Assembly: GCA_963693365.1 (NCBI GenBank)
Contig: CAVNZM010000001.1
Location: 20,654,125 to 20,718,124 of the forward strand
Direction of reading: 5' to 3'
DNA: 64,000 nucleotides
Source of the DNA: Amoebidium appalachense
Lineage: Eukaryota > Protista > Ichthyosporea
Shown: positions 1-14,398 of the stretch, piece after piece
Layout of the letters: each line of letters begins with the position of its first letter
Position numbering within the stretch: the first letter of the stretch is position 1
Translations under genes and position numbers: made by a program
The notes under the pieces: generated by a model
Database searches by the model: none
What the model was told of the DNA's origin: nothing
The model's input: only the letters and a program-made list of their open reading frames with translations

Positions 1-154
1 CACACGTGGGACCCGCGAAAATACAGAACCCCAAAACACGCGCAAATAACTTTAGCGGGGGAAAAAAGAAAACACAAAGCGACGCACACCACTTATGGTC
101 AAGAACAACGACACACAAAGCACGTCTTCCCCTCCCTCCCTCCCTCCCTCTTAC

Positions 155-310
155 CCTCAAGCGTTGGGCAGCGGCGGCCTTTGCAGCAGCGCTGGTCTCG
201 ACCTGCTTGATAAAGGTTTGCTGCTTCTTTCCTTTCTTGTTTTTAAGCCCAAAGGTCTTGTCTTCAATGACCTTTTGGGCCTGTTTGGCCTGCGGCCCCT
301 TGGGTGGCAT
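155..310 (-). CDS. ZC3H15: First coding exon of ZC3H15/TMA46 (DFRP1) CCCH zinc-finger translation-associated protein; gene continues beyond the left edge
   Basis: gccaccATG at 310 gives MPPKGPQAKQAQKVIEDKTFGLKNKKGKKQQTFIKQVE..., carrying the hallmark IEDKTFGLKNKKG motif. The 156-nt exon ends at a GTAAG donor. Confidence 0.92.
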
Positions 311-566
311 GGTGGCGGGTGGGGGGCAAAACGCCTATACACTCGTGGGTGGGTTGGTGTGCTGGCCTATACCAGGGTGAAGAGCAATAAAAAGATCCCT
401 TTTCACTTTAAAAATTACTGTTTTTTTCCGTTTCCGCCCTCGTGTTACTCTGGTAATCTCAAACGCTGCTACCGCAAAGCTCCCTCACCCCGTCTCTTGC
501 TCGCCGCTATAGCCTACTGCAACTCAAAGTCACGGTGAAACTGCCTCACTTGAGCCCAGGAAAAAC
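311..566. promoter_or_regulatory. Putative bidirectional promoter between ZC3H15 (-) and FAAP100 (+)
   Basis: 256 bp of non-repetitive sequence between divergent ATGs at 310 and 567. The call depends on the inferred FAAP100 exon 1. Confidence 0.5.
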
Positions 567-1059
567 ATGAGCAGTCATATGGTCACACCTGAGCGGCAAC
601 ACATTAACCTGCTGTTTGTTTATGACTTTATGTGGTTGGCTTAAACGGCTTTAGTCGCATTTATGCGCTTTTATCGTCTGTTCCTGTCATGGGCTGGTAC
701 CACCAGTGATGCAATCCAAAGTTCTGGAAAGGGTGCGATAAAAGGTGGGGAGAGCGCCGAAAAGTGCAACCGAAATATATGTGCGGAGAGAGACGAAAAA
801 AATGCTTCAGAAATACAGGTGCAGAGAGATACGAAAAACGCAACCGAAGCACAGGTGCGCACACGCGGACATGTACATAGTTAACAGTGCTCGCGCAGAT
901 GAACGCGCACGCAAGGGCACCAGACACCTAGCTTTACAGGCACACGTGGACATAACACACAAATGCGCACTACAACATCGACACAGAAATGCATGGACGG
1001 ACAAGAACATGAGAATACTGACACATACCAGGGTCACTTATACCAATATAGAAGGTCTT

Positions 1060-1111
<52 letters not shown>

Positions 1112-1373
1112 CTTATGGAGTCCGCCAGAAAAAGATGTTCAACATAAAAAAGAACAAATACAGCGAGTACTCGCAACAACAGACACACAGACACTTTTAA
1201 AGTGGCATGAATGTACCCAAACCATACACAAATGCAGATGCACATACTTCAAGTACTAAGAGACACGCACACACACCGACTCCTCCCATTCACACACACA
1301 CGTGCGCACATGCAGGCACTTGTATGCATGTGCAGGGCAAACACACACAAATACACACCGTGAGACACACACA

Positions 1374-1431
<58 letters not shown>

Positions 1432-1644
1432 TTGAAGGGCACATAGTGCACAGACACACGTACAGAAGTTCGCAGACATGCACAAGCCATACACCCGAGA
1501 AAGAGCACGGGCCAAGTTTGTATAGTTGGAACCCAAAAATTCTTTCGTGGGTCGGTGCCCACAAATGGACGTTCGTCAAGGATAAGGCACTAATAAAAAC
1601 GGTTAAGGGGGACAAGTTCACACATGCATATGAACGACAACACA

Positions 1645-1698
<54 letters not shown>

Positions 1699-1813
1699 AC
1701 ACAATCAGGGTAGAGCGCAGGACACAAGCACAGCCATGGACACACAAGCGCTTGCACACACACGTGTTGAAACAAACACTCTAACCGCTCATCACACACA
1801 CATCCACACAGAC

Positions 1814-1862
<49 letters not shown>

Positions 1863-1916
1863 ATGATACACAGGAACCAAGCAAAACACACACACACACA
1901 CACACACACACATACT

Positions 1917-1971
<55 letters not shown>

Positions 1972-2447
1972 GCGCAGACACATGCACCCATGCATGCACA
2001 TCAACGGAGCCAGCACGTGCACACGCATGGCGGAGGAGTGCATAAACAAGCACGGCCCCTCTTTCCCCCCGTCTTTCACCAGTACCACCACCATCACTGT
2101 CCCCCGTTTCTCATCTGACTCTACAGTACTTAGCCTCCCCGCCCCCCTTCCCCTTTGGTTGGCTGGTATATACACTGGTGAGCACGGAACCTCCACATAC
2201 GAGGGTGTTTTAGTCTGCAGCTGGCCGCCAAGGGCACGTAGGTGTGTTCGTGAGGGGTGCACACTCTGCATGTTCCAAGCCTGACTGTTGCGGTACATCA
2301 TACACGTGCAGCTTTCGGGATATTCTTTCATGAAGGGGGCCATTCTCACAGTATTTAGTAACCGTGTATGAAGCAATGCTTGGCTTGTTGTGATCACAAC
2401 TGTGGGAGGTTTTTTTTTTTTTTGTGGTGTGTGTGTGTGTGTGTGGT

Positions 2448-2478
<31 letters not shown>

Positions 2479-2615
2479 GGGGGGGAGGGGGGGGAGGGGG
2501 AGGATTGGTGGGAGAGGGGGTGGGGTGGCGGCCTGATCAAACGGCCCCCAAATGCTCGTCGTACCCCTTGCAGCGCGTTGCTTAGGCAAACGCAAGAGGG
2601 TGCGCGATTGCACCC

Positions 2616-2646
<31 letters not shown>

Positions 2647-5600
2647 CGCGCGTGTGTGTGTGGTGTGTGTGTGTGTGTGTGTGTGTGTTTATTGTGTGTT
2701 TTCTATGTGTGCACATGTGCACACATATCACGGCGTGTTTACCATGATGTGTGTGTGTATGTACATGTGTAGTACCGTTAGGGTCCTGATATAGCTTCTG
2801 TACGATCTGCTTAAGCTTGGCCCGTGCAAACTTAGCAAATACATGGTATGCTCACTCTGACATTTGTGTGTGAGCGCATGTATTGTGTGTAGGCACACGA
2901 GCCGAACAATGGCCCCCGAACCTGCTGGGTTGCTGTGCGAAGGCACGTGACGGTCATGGTGGTTGCCCCGCATGCTGTCAAGCCCATGGCCATGGCAAAC
3001 ATGCTTAGTGCCCCTACTTGCCGTCAACTTGCTGGCGATGCATGGATTCCGAAGCACGTGTGTACGCCAGAAAATACTAAAGATGGGAAGGTGGGGACGG
3101 GAGTGAGAGAAGCCAGGCACCAAATGGGGGGAGGGGGGTCAGGGGGTGAGAAGCAGGGGACAGCTGCAGCTGGCCCGAGAGAGAAATATTGGGGCCCGAG
3201 AGGGGGAGAAAAATGCCTCCCCCCTCCCCCTCCCCCCCCCCCCCTCCCCCCCATATGGGCCTTCTCTCGAGAGCTCTCATTGTGTTTATCATAAAAGTTT
3301 TCAATTTTTCTTTAGGAGGATGCGGCACAGGTCACTGCGCATGCAACCCCCCCCCCCCCCCCCCCCCCCCTCCCCCCCCTCCCAGAGCCCCCCCCCCCCC
3401 CCCCCCCCCCCCCCAACTCCCTGGGGGCCGATCAATGAGCTCTCAGGTTTCCCATTTTCTTTTTCTCCGGAGGGACCATCGGGGCACGGCACTGCCCCCC
3501 CCTCCCTCCCTCCCTCCCCCCCCCCCCCCCCTCCCCGCCTTCCCCCCCTCTGACCCCCCCCCCCCCCACCACCACCACCACCCACTTCTCACCTCTCCTT
3601 TGCAGAGGCAGTGAGAGAGAAAGAGGGCGGTGTGTGTGTGTGTGTGTGGGGGGGGGGGAGGGAAGAGAGAGAGGGGGGGGAGGGAGATGAAGAGAGAGAG
3701 AGTGGGAGAGTGAGAGAGGGACGGAGGGAGGGAGGGAGGGAGGGAGGGAAGAAGGGAGGGAGGGAGAGAGGGAGGGAGGGAGGGAGAAAGTTAAGGGAGG
3801 GAGGGAGGGAGGGAGGGAGGGAGGGAGGGAGGGAGGGAGGGAGGGAGGGAGGGAGGGAGGGAGGGAGGGATGGAGGAAGGGAGGTAGGGAGGGAGGGAGG
3901 GATGGATGGAGGGAGGGAGAGAGGGGGAATTTCAAAGGAGAGAGAGAGGAGAGGGAGAGAGGATAGAGAGCCCCTTTCCCCTAGATCTCTAGAGCACAGA
4001 ACTATTGGCAAGTTCCTTTTTCTTTCGGGTGATGCGGCTGCGCATTTGCTACAGTAGCGGCAATGGGAAACCACCGTGACATAGCTGCGGTGGCCCCATA
4101 ACAGGGCTGCATGGTCCTGCACGTTCTGCCATCTTAGAAGTGTCACTGTGGCAGTCGCTCAGAAGAATCAATCAGACTGTTCGAGTTTCTTAGTCAGAAG
4201 AACGTCTACCGGGACGCTGCAATAACCCTGTTAGAGGCTCTCTCAGCTACATGCGCACGCGCAAGATACCATGATGATGCATGGTGGGCAGAGATGGTGG
4301 GCACTCCCCTCTGTGTTCAGAGGGCCCTGTTGGTGGGCAGTTCGAATCACGGTCCTCTGAACATATCTCAGGCCACTAGTTTGGCGAGTTCAAATGCGGC
4401 CGGCGGCCCAGTCTCCAAGGCTATGTAACCACTGGCTTACGTAAATGGCCGGGCACTACTACGCTGTGTCGCCTGCGGCAACCAAAAAAAAAAAAAGAAA
4501 AAGAAAAGAAAAGAGGCCGCAGGGAAGACATGGTACCAGTTGCAGCACTCGGAGGCGGCCGGCCGACTCGACTCCGAGTCTCGGCCGGGACTCCCAACCG
4601 CCGGCCGTGAGCCACCCCCGTACCTAATTGGCTCACTTTATTTTAGCGCGGGAAGATTTATCCAATCACAGCGCGGCACCTCCGACAAAGTGCTCACTGG
4701 TTCAAAGAACTGGAAACTGATGGAAAGTTGCAGGGCCCCAAAAGAGCCCCACTGGTGCTGACACTTGACTTTCAAGCAGCAGAAAGGGAACTGTTTCTGT
4801 GAGCGTGGATCAGAAAAACACGCAAGTGAAAACAGTACATGCAAAAATGAAAGTGTTGAGGATATCTTAGTGGTGCTCAAAGGAGAGGAATAAGTTCTAC
4901 TTTTGCAGCTGCAGCTGTGAGCAGCAAGTGGAATATTAACAGTTTCAGAACCGATCGGAAGACCTTGGCCGACCTTCCGTTGACAAACTGAGCAGGGTGA
5001 AAACGAAACCTGCTGCCTCCCAACTTAAAAATTACCCGTACGTCTATTTTGTGTAACTGCTAGTTGCGGAGAACCATGCTGTCTTTGTTTTCGAGCGTCC
5101 TTGGCCGCTACACGAGCATCCTTGCGTTCAAGGTGGGCCGCACCTTTTTGAAGTTGTGCAACATAATCCGTGCTAATGGCAAAAAAGGGAGCCTACCTGG
5201 CCGCAATAGAAGCCCAGAAGCAACGTAGTGTATAGAGGTCGTGTTGCTTCCTCTCCTGGCTTCCGCTTTTTTCATAGGCCTTTTCACTTAGGCTATAGCA
5301 ACAATGCACAATCACGTGGTAGTGGCGCCAATGCCAACCGTGGGTCAGTGCAAGGAACCGGTATTCTGTTCACCTCTTCATAGTGTACACACCCAAACAA
5401 CATGGTTTGATGTGCACGCGCACTGACTTGGATTGTTTGCAGGCGGCATTTGGCAGAGCATTTTGGCAGATGGCTTCGAGAGGGGCACGGTTGGCCGAGG
5501 CCTCTGCTGCCCGGGCATTGACAGCGCCGCCCACGGCAGCAACCCGGGCAGGTGCAGCCGTGGCGGTGGACACCAGAAAGAAGCTTATGAAGGTGGGTCG

Positions 5601-7398
5601 TAATAAGGTGGTGAATAGGGTGATGAAGGGTGATCAGTGGTGGCATCTTTTTCCCACTCTCGTTTTGGACAAAGGGCACTTCTAGCTCGCTGATAGTGCA
5701 CATCATGCTATGCATTTAAGCTGACTTCCCAAAGTGTACGCTTCAGACTGACACAAGCACTTCCAACACAGGCAAGCACAGCGCACGAGGAGGCCCGAGA
5801 CCGCATCCTGATGGGCATGTACTCCTTTGGCCTGTGACCGGGTGACTGTTGCGGCTGCCTTCCTGTTTTGGGTTTATTAACCCAGGAACACACATTCGCC
5901 GGACAGAAGTTGTGCCTGAAAACTCTGCACGGCGTATGCAACTTCCCTTTCGAAGTTCGTGGCGTGAGCGTGGCCTTTGAGTGAGGCCTTGGTAGCAGTT
6001 GGCAGGATGATATGTTTTGTAAGCTACGGTGGTATCCATTTCTGCTAACGGCAAGCAATTTTTTTTAATGCTGTTCGCTTTTTGCTATGAAATGTGTACG
6101 CTTTCTTATTCTTGAAACCCCCCTCCTCCCGCCCTTTCTTCTCCACTCTCCTTTCCTTTCCTGAACCCACGTGGTTTCTTCTATTATTTTTCTCCTATTA
6201 TTTTTGCTTTTTTCTTTTCAACTAATTCTCTTTTTGGATTATTGACACACCACGAACTCTCCCCTTGGCTCGATCTCTCGTTCTTTTCATAGCTTTGATT
6301 TTGCTTCTTCATGGCATCTGGAGTAGGTGCTAGCGTTTTTGCTCTTAGAAGCACTTTCACGCGCGACTTCCTTGAATATACAATACGCTGCACGAAACCA
6401 GAGCAAGGATGGTTGGCTCGGGACTTGCTTGCTGTCAACGGCACACTACATAATACTTGTATTCCCGTCAGTAGGCTGGTGCGCTTGGGGCACTTATCGT
6501 CTGCCTATTTCTATGTACTTACTGTACATATGTGGTATGTATGTATGTATGCACCTTCAGGTGCCTAATAAAGTTTTTCAGAAAGCTTGCTCTAAAGTAT
6601 TCCGACTGTCAGAGGATTGCTTCCAGTTTCACCCACTTATCAATTGCAACGGAGTCCCTTTACTTGCCTTCTTTGGCCTCGAAACCTCACAAGCCGGTGA
6701 GTAGGACTTGACTATAACACACCTTATCAGACCCTGAACAGAAGGGTCTCTATCATACCACGCTATAGGCGTTCACAAACCGACAAACACCGTGACAACC
6801 GTACACTAACAAGTCACTCTTGACCGGTTTATGGCACACATACACCCTCCGGGTTGTAGCGGGATGTTGACACTCAGTTGTACCCATCAGAGAGAGACGA
6901 GGTGCTCGTCCGGCCTTGCTTGACCCCGCCCTCCTGTGGGCAGACAGGACCTATAGAGAGCCATTTCTACGTCCAAGGTTGAAGATATGGCGCAGCAGGC
7001 ACGCAGGAAGGTGTGGGCAAGGTGGGGAGGGTACTTGTGGTGTGGGTGGGGGGCTGTTAAGACCTCCTTGGTGTGCACACGGCTGTCTCGTTGTGCCCCT
7101 CTCTTCCCGTTTTTTCGTTGTGCGTTTGGCCTGATTTCGTCTGCACCTTCCTGGATAGTCAGTCATCTGCTACTGCCCAACTTTTGCTCCCTTGAATCCC
7201 TGCTGCAAGGAAGAATTAGCACGCTTGACCCGGCACGGGCATACCAGTGCAACCCAACCACACAAACACAAACACACACTCCCTCTCCCTTCTTCTCACC
7301 AACCCCGCTCCCCTTCCCCCCTAGCTCTCTGCCGGTCTCCTTTTCAGACCAAAGTCTACTCCTCTCTCGCGCACACACACAGCGTCTCTCTTGCGCGC

Positions 7399-7463
<65 letters not shown>

Positions 7464-7902
7464 CTCACTCTCTCGCTCTCTCACTTTCGTGTCCACCTGC
7501 TTCCGTCCTTTCGATTGTCCACTAGTAACATTTACATCCTTTATCAAGCATCTACCCGGAAAGGTCCTCACTGATTGCCGGATGGCAAGGGCAATCCTAA
7601 ACTAGCTCGTGTCAGTGTTTTCTCTGCGTAGGCAAAAGATCGCACAGCTACCTTGTACATCAGCATCCCTCCCCCCTCCCCCCCCCCCCCCCCCCCCCCC
7701 CCCACCCCACCCTTTCCCTCCCCCTCCCTCCAATCCCTCACCATCGCTAACCCCATCTACCTGTCCGGCCAATACCACACACCTGTTTCTGTCCCTGGAG
7801 ATTGGACCTGAGATTCACACAAATGCTCCATCAATCTTCTGCCCCGCCCCCCTCCCCCCTCCTCCCCCTCCCCCTCCCTCTCCTCCCTCCTCCCCCCCCT
7901 CG

Positions 7903-7941
<39 letters not shown>

Positions 7942-8547
7942 TCCCACACACACACACCACGCACACACACGCACACACACACACACACACCCACACGCAC
8001 ACATACAGGCTACGGCCCCCAACAGGGCACCCACTAGTGCTGGTGTTGGCTGATGGCTGGTGTGTTGTGCGGACAGACAGCAGCAGGCTGCACCTGTTCC
8101 ATCACGACACCTTAAAGGTGAGTTTGCCACACTCTCACTTCATGAGCAAGGAACAAGCAATGGGATTGGCACGTGAGTGGGAATGGGCTGTGCGAAGAGG
8201 GAGAGGCGCGGGGGGGGGGGGGGGGGGGGGGGGAGGGAGGGGGGGGGGGGGGGGGGGGGGATGGGGGGGTGGGCGGGTTCAGTGGTAGGCGGTGGGTGAG
8301 CTAGTAGGTTGGTTGGTGGAGAAAGGAAGAGTTGTGGTGGTGGAGGTGGTGGAGCAGGTGCATGTGGGTGGGTGGGTGGGTGGTTGCATCTAGGTGGGTG
8401 GATGGGCGTGGGTGGTGAGTGGGTGGGTAGGTGCAAGGTTTTTTGTGTGTGCATGGGATGGGTATGTGGGATGGATGGGTGTGTGTGTGTCTGGGGGGGG
8501 GGGGAGGGGGGGATGTGTGTGTGTGTGGGGAGGGGGGGCGGGGATGT

Positions 8548-8578
<31 letters not shown>

Positions 8579-8873
8579 GGGGAGGGGGGAGGTGTCTGTG
8601 TGCGTGTGTGTGTATGAGTGTGCATGCGCATGTGTATGCATGTGTACCTTGGGAGGATGCCGGAGGGAGGGGGGGGGGAGCATGATTTATCTGAAGAGAG
8701 GCCTACACATAGTCCACACATACTCTGACAAACCCCGCCTCCCTCAGGTTGCTATCCCAAAACAGTTGAAAATCACAGAGGAGGGCACGTATAAATGCGT
8801 GTGCGCACAAAAGTTACACACGTAAGCACATTCCCAGACACATTCTGACCACACATACCCACGTGTGTGAAAA

Positions 8874-8923
<50 letters not shown>

Positions 8924-11016
8924 TTCCCCTCTCTCACACATGCAAGCAGGCAGTGCTGGCCTACCCCTCCACCGTGTGCTCTGTTGTGGCCCACACCGAC
9001 CAAGTCTTTGTGGCCACCGATAAGACCGTCTGGGCCATCGACCTCTCAGAATTGTATAGCCCCAGTTCTCTGCCCCACCCTCTTCTCTCGGTCCCTCCCT
9101 GCGTTTTTCTCTCTCCTTGCTTTGAGCACGCACTCTGCTCTCCTTTATACTGGTTGGGGAATTGGGTTTTTTAATAGAGTCTCAGTAACGTTCTTCTTTT
9201 TTGCTTGGGGTTGCTCTGTTTGTAAATGCTCACACTTCGTTGTGATGTGTCCTATCTCTGGCTTCTGGAATAACATTTCTCGTCTTTGGCCACTGTGGGT
9301 CGACTCACCCATTGCAGTTGGGAGTATCAATTGGGTTGGGAACCATGCGTTAAAGGTCGGAGAGTGAGAAGCCGTCTTTAATGGAGGCATGGGAACAACC
9401 TGACGAAGGGCCCTGTCCACATTTTTTGTGGCTGTTCACTGTCCTTACTTTCATATTTGCAACATTCTCATGCATACCCCCCCCCCCCATCTTCACCGTT
9501 TTGCTCACCTTGCTTGCATAAGCAACCCTGCTCGTCTTTGATCAAGACGGGTTGACCCACCCAAGTTCAGTTGATGCTGCTGTCTGAGTTGGAGCGTCGT
9601 ATATACGCGGGCTAAGGGGTCGAAACTCAGACGCAATTGATGACTTGGGCCCTCCCTGAGGATGGGCTCTGCTTATGACGCATACTGTGCGCATGGCTGA
9701 TGCTGCATACTTGAATGTTTGCCTTTGCATGTGTCCTGCACCATGCTTCTCATCGTGTATGCGTACTTCGTACTGTGTTCCGCATTCAAACCCCCCCCCC
9801 CCCCCAGCCACACTTTCTCTTTTACTCGATCACCCGTTTTCCATCACTCGCCATACACTTAGGCCCCCCAACCTTCCCCCCCCCCCCCCCCCCCCAACTC
9901 CCAACCCCGTCGCCACGGCATCCCCCCCCCCCCCCCCCCTCCCCCCCAATGTCCGTACTACTGTGGCATTCGTAACTTTGCACAAAGTACCTGCACAGGA
10001 ACAACTACTAACGCTGGCTTGGTGGGCCCACAGGGGCGAGCAAGTTGCATCGACAGACACGGATGATGGTGGGTGCATGTTTGTTCCGTAGCAGGGGGGA
10101 GGTGTGGTGCAAACAGGTGGTTACGAGGCTGAATGTGACGCAGGCATTGGTGTTTGGCTTTAGTGGTCATGGTTACCGCCTTGCTCAGATGCACAACTAT
10201 TGTTGCGGAGCACAAGCATGCATTGGCACTGTGCCATGCATGTGCACTTTGGGCAACCCCCCCCCCCCACCCCCCCTCCTCCCCCCTTCTTTCCCGGTGC
10301 CCCCCTTTCCCGTCCAATTTACCATACTGCTCCCCCCCCTTGCTCTTTTCCCTTCCTTGTTTCCCTCTTTTGCTCCTGCTTTCATCATGCCTGAACACAA
10401 CCGAATCTTGACATGTTTTATCCATTCCCACAGACCCGCCTGTGCTTGTTGCTGCTGACGGCACACACGGGCACATGATCATCCACCAATCAGACCGTCC
10501 CATCTTGTCGCTGCTACCCCGACCTGGTGGTGGGCTGTATTTGATTGGTGCAGGGGAGGGATGCCACACCGTGCACGTGCTTGCCCATAGCAACACCACG
10601 TGGGCCAGCCGGCCCGTCGGGTCAATCCCGACCGACGACACCCACCCACATGGCCACATGTGCTGTGTGCTGTTTGTGGTGGGGCAGACTGCGGCACGGG
10701 GGTGTGTGGTGGGAATAGGCCGTGGGCTGCAGACCAGCCTGTTTGGTGTCGGGGTGGTGGTTGTGGGGGCCCATGTGCTGGTGGTGGGGTCCGAGGGGGG
10801 GAGGGTGGACTACTGTGCCGTGGGGCTGAGGGGGAATGCCGTGGAGACGGGCATGCTGTGCAGACTGCAGGTGGGTGGGTGGGGTTAGAGGGTGGGGAAG
10901 GGGGGCCGTGAGTGTGCGTGTCTAGGTGTGGGTGAGGGTGTTGGGGATAAGGGGTGTGCATGCTTGTGTGCATATATGTTTGTGTACACACGTTCATTTG
11001 TCTCACTTCTCCAGCA

Positions 11017-11049
<33 letters not shown>

Positions 11050-11417
11050 TGCCTCTCCCTCCCCCCACCCCCCAAAGAAAAATCCCCCTTTAACTTTTCT
11101 TCTTTTCATCATATTTTGTGAGATGAGCGTACAGGGAACGAGGTGTTTGTTTTGGTGGTGCTGTGGGGGAGTGGGCCCCCCCGGGGGGGGGGGGGGGGGG
11201 GGGGGGAGAGAGAGAGAGAGGGGGTTATGTTGTGGTTTAAGTGGGGTCCACAAATCGGTGTTTGGAGTTCTGTGTGGTTGGGACTCCGGCATGGAGAGAC
11301 AAGGTGTGTGGTTGAACATTTCTCTTGACATACTGTGTGCCGAGTGTCCTTACAGGAGATGAAGACTGGCCTGTTCAGTATGAACACCTCATTGGGAAAA
11401 GGGCTGTGTGAATTCGG

Positions 11418-11448
<31 letters not shown>

Positions 11449-13053
11449 GTTAAATAACATAACCCACCCGTCTGTCTGGCCGTCATGTTAAACCCCATGC
11501 ACCCAGGAGCCAGTAGTGTCCATCGTGTCTGTGGGCCATGGTGAGCACCTGGTTGCTGTGGGTGCTGGGGGTCAGATGGCTGTGTTTACAGCCCCAAGCA
11601 TGCAGCATGCAGCACCCAGCTGCCGGCTGTACGACATACCTGGGCCTGTAGTCTGGGCCACAGCACACACACAGGGCATGCTGCATGCAACACCCACCAG
11701 CCTCTGGCTCACACCCCTATCGGCACACGGCAACAAGCGGAAGGCAGTGGGGGATGATACGGGGGATGGCCTCCCTCCCCATGTAAACAGTGAGGGGGTG
11801 GGGGGCGGGTCGGTTGCTGCAGTGTGCCCGATAGACGGGGGCATGGTGGGGTTGTGGGCCGATGGGCATGTGGGATTGGTTGAGGTCGAGGATTCGGGTC
11901 ATGGGCCGGGTCGGCAATACGAGTTGGCCCGTTTATTGCGTGAGTTGGGACAGCAGGCAGGCGAGCAGCAGCAAATGGCAGGCCGGCAGCAGGCCGCAAG
12001 CACGTTGATTGGCCAACACAACCGCGCACTGCATGCACTCATGCACCAAGCCAATCAGAATGGGCCTGGCCTTCTGTCGTCCTCAATTTCCATTGGCTAC
12101 CGCACCTTGGGCCCCGCACACTCCCACCAGCCATGCACCCCCACGGCTACAATCCACATTTCGAACCCTGGAGACCTGGGCCTTACCGGCCAATGGGCTG
12201 TGGTCATTCGGGTCGGTGCTGCCTGGCCCGGCCCGGCCCCCCACCCGACCTCTGCGGTCACACACACATTCCCAATGGGTGGGCTGGCACGGGGGGGCAC
12301 GTGGGAGGTGGATGTCCCTTTGGAAGTGGCTGGGCGCATGCTGCCTGCCTGTGTCAGTGTGTCTGTGGCATACTGCGGCCCTACAGCCCTGCATGGGGAG
12401 GATGGGGAGGAGGATGGGCTGGTGGGGGCAGTGGAGGTTGGAGAACACGTGGTGGATGTGCTGGGGGTGGGGGAGGTGTGCATGTGCACACCGCATGCAA
12501 GGAGGCCACATGGGCCACCCGTGCATGTGGGTGGGAACGGGGATGCAGTGGGGCTACTGGTGCGGATGCAGGCAGAGACAGAGGGCACGGGCACACAGGC
12601 ACAGGTGGGTGCTAGGGTCTGCATGGGGCAGGGAGGCTGGCTGGTGCTGGGGGCTGACACACAGGCATGCCCACGGGCACAACATACATGTGCGCACAAA
12701 GATGGTCTGTCTCTGGGTGTATCTCCACACACACTGGTTTTGTGTCTTATTGTGGGTCTTCCCTGCCCATTGAGTTTTTTGCAGCTGTTGCTTTAAAGGA
12801 GGTTTCATTGGGCCAATATAAAGGCCCTTTCGGGTCGGGCCTAAATGCTGTTTGATGCGTATCTCGCCAATCACCAACGTACATCGGTTTCAAGTCTGGC
12901 CCGACCTAACCCGTGGATTCCTAAAAGAACCCCCTTTTACTCTTCCCCATTACCCGGCTCTAACCTTGAACCCCCCCCCCCTCCCCCCCCCCCCCTCCCT
13001 CCCCTCAAAAGCTCTAGCCTCATTCGAAACATACTTGCCCCCCCCCCCCCCCT

Positions 13054-13084
<31 letters not shown>

Positions 13085-13958
13085 CCCCTCCTCCCCCCAA
13101 ACAACTTATAAAAAAAATAAAACACGGGCGGGCATTTTCTCCAACCCCCCCACAGACCCCGGTGAGCATGGACCTTCCTCTGGCCGACCCAGCAATGGAG
13201 CTGCATGTTCTACTTTCAGGCTGTGCCCATTGTGGCGGGGACCGAATTGGAGCCAATCAAATTGGGTCTACGTGCACCATAGTTGGTCCCGACCAATCAC
13301 GTGCCACGCTACACTTGCTTGCAGGTGGGTGTGTGCGTGTGCGTCTGTGCGTATGTATGCGTGCGATCGTTTTTTTTTGATTGTTTGTTTGTTTGTTTGT
13401 TTGTTTGTTTGTTTGTTTTTGTTTGTTTTGGAAGGAGTGGAGAGGGGGGGGGGGGGGGGGGGAAGGAAGGGAGAGGGGAGGGAGGGGAAGATCAGCACAC
13501 ATTCAAAAGCACATTGGTAGAAGCTACAGGAAAACGGACAGATACAGTACGTCACTTGTGAGCATTATAGATGCACACCCACTTGTGAGCATAATAGATG
13601 CACACCCACTTAAGAGCATAATAGATGTACACCCACTTGTGAGCATAATAGATGCACACCCATTTTTCTAATAATTGCAGGCATACGTGTGTGCATAATA
13701 GATGCACACCCACTTATGAGCGTAATTGACGCACACCCATTTGTGAGCATAATAGATGCGCATATAGATGCACACAAGTGAGCATAATAGATGGGCATTT
13801 ACATGCATGCCCAGTAGTGAGTTAAAAAGTTGAAGGACCAATTGTGAAAGTAGATGAACCCACATGGTCTTGCAGATCAATAATGAATGCCCCACCGACC
13901 CATAGATACCCAGCCGCCCACCCACACCCAATCTCACATACACGCACAGCCTGGCCAT

Positions 13959-14011
<53 letters not shown>

Positions 14012-14174
14012 GTCTTGAGCCACGTGTGCACACACACGCACACCCCCACCCATCTGACGGCATTCACCCCCAGACACCCCCAGGCCTGTGCTTCGTCTGA
14101 CAGCCGCCAGCCTATCCCATGCTGCTGCCCTGCACTATGCTATCACCGCCCGCTGCCCTACTGCCTTCCTGTAA

Positions 14175-14212
<38 letters not shown>

Positions 14213-14221
14213 CCTCTCCCC

Positions 14222-14267
<46 letters not shown>

Positions 14268-14367
14268 CCCTTCCCCACTCCCCCCAACAACACACATGCA
14301 ACGGTTACCGCATCCACAACCACGACGATCACTATCTCGATGACCACTAATCCCTGCCCCCCTGCCC

Positions 14368-14398
<31 letters not shown>

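Noticed and set aside
2200-7650. Alternative genetic code or stop readthrough explaining in-frame stops
   Set aside because: All three stop codons and frameshifts occur, while neighbouring genes use the standard code cleanly.
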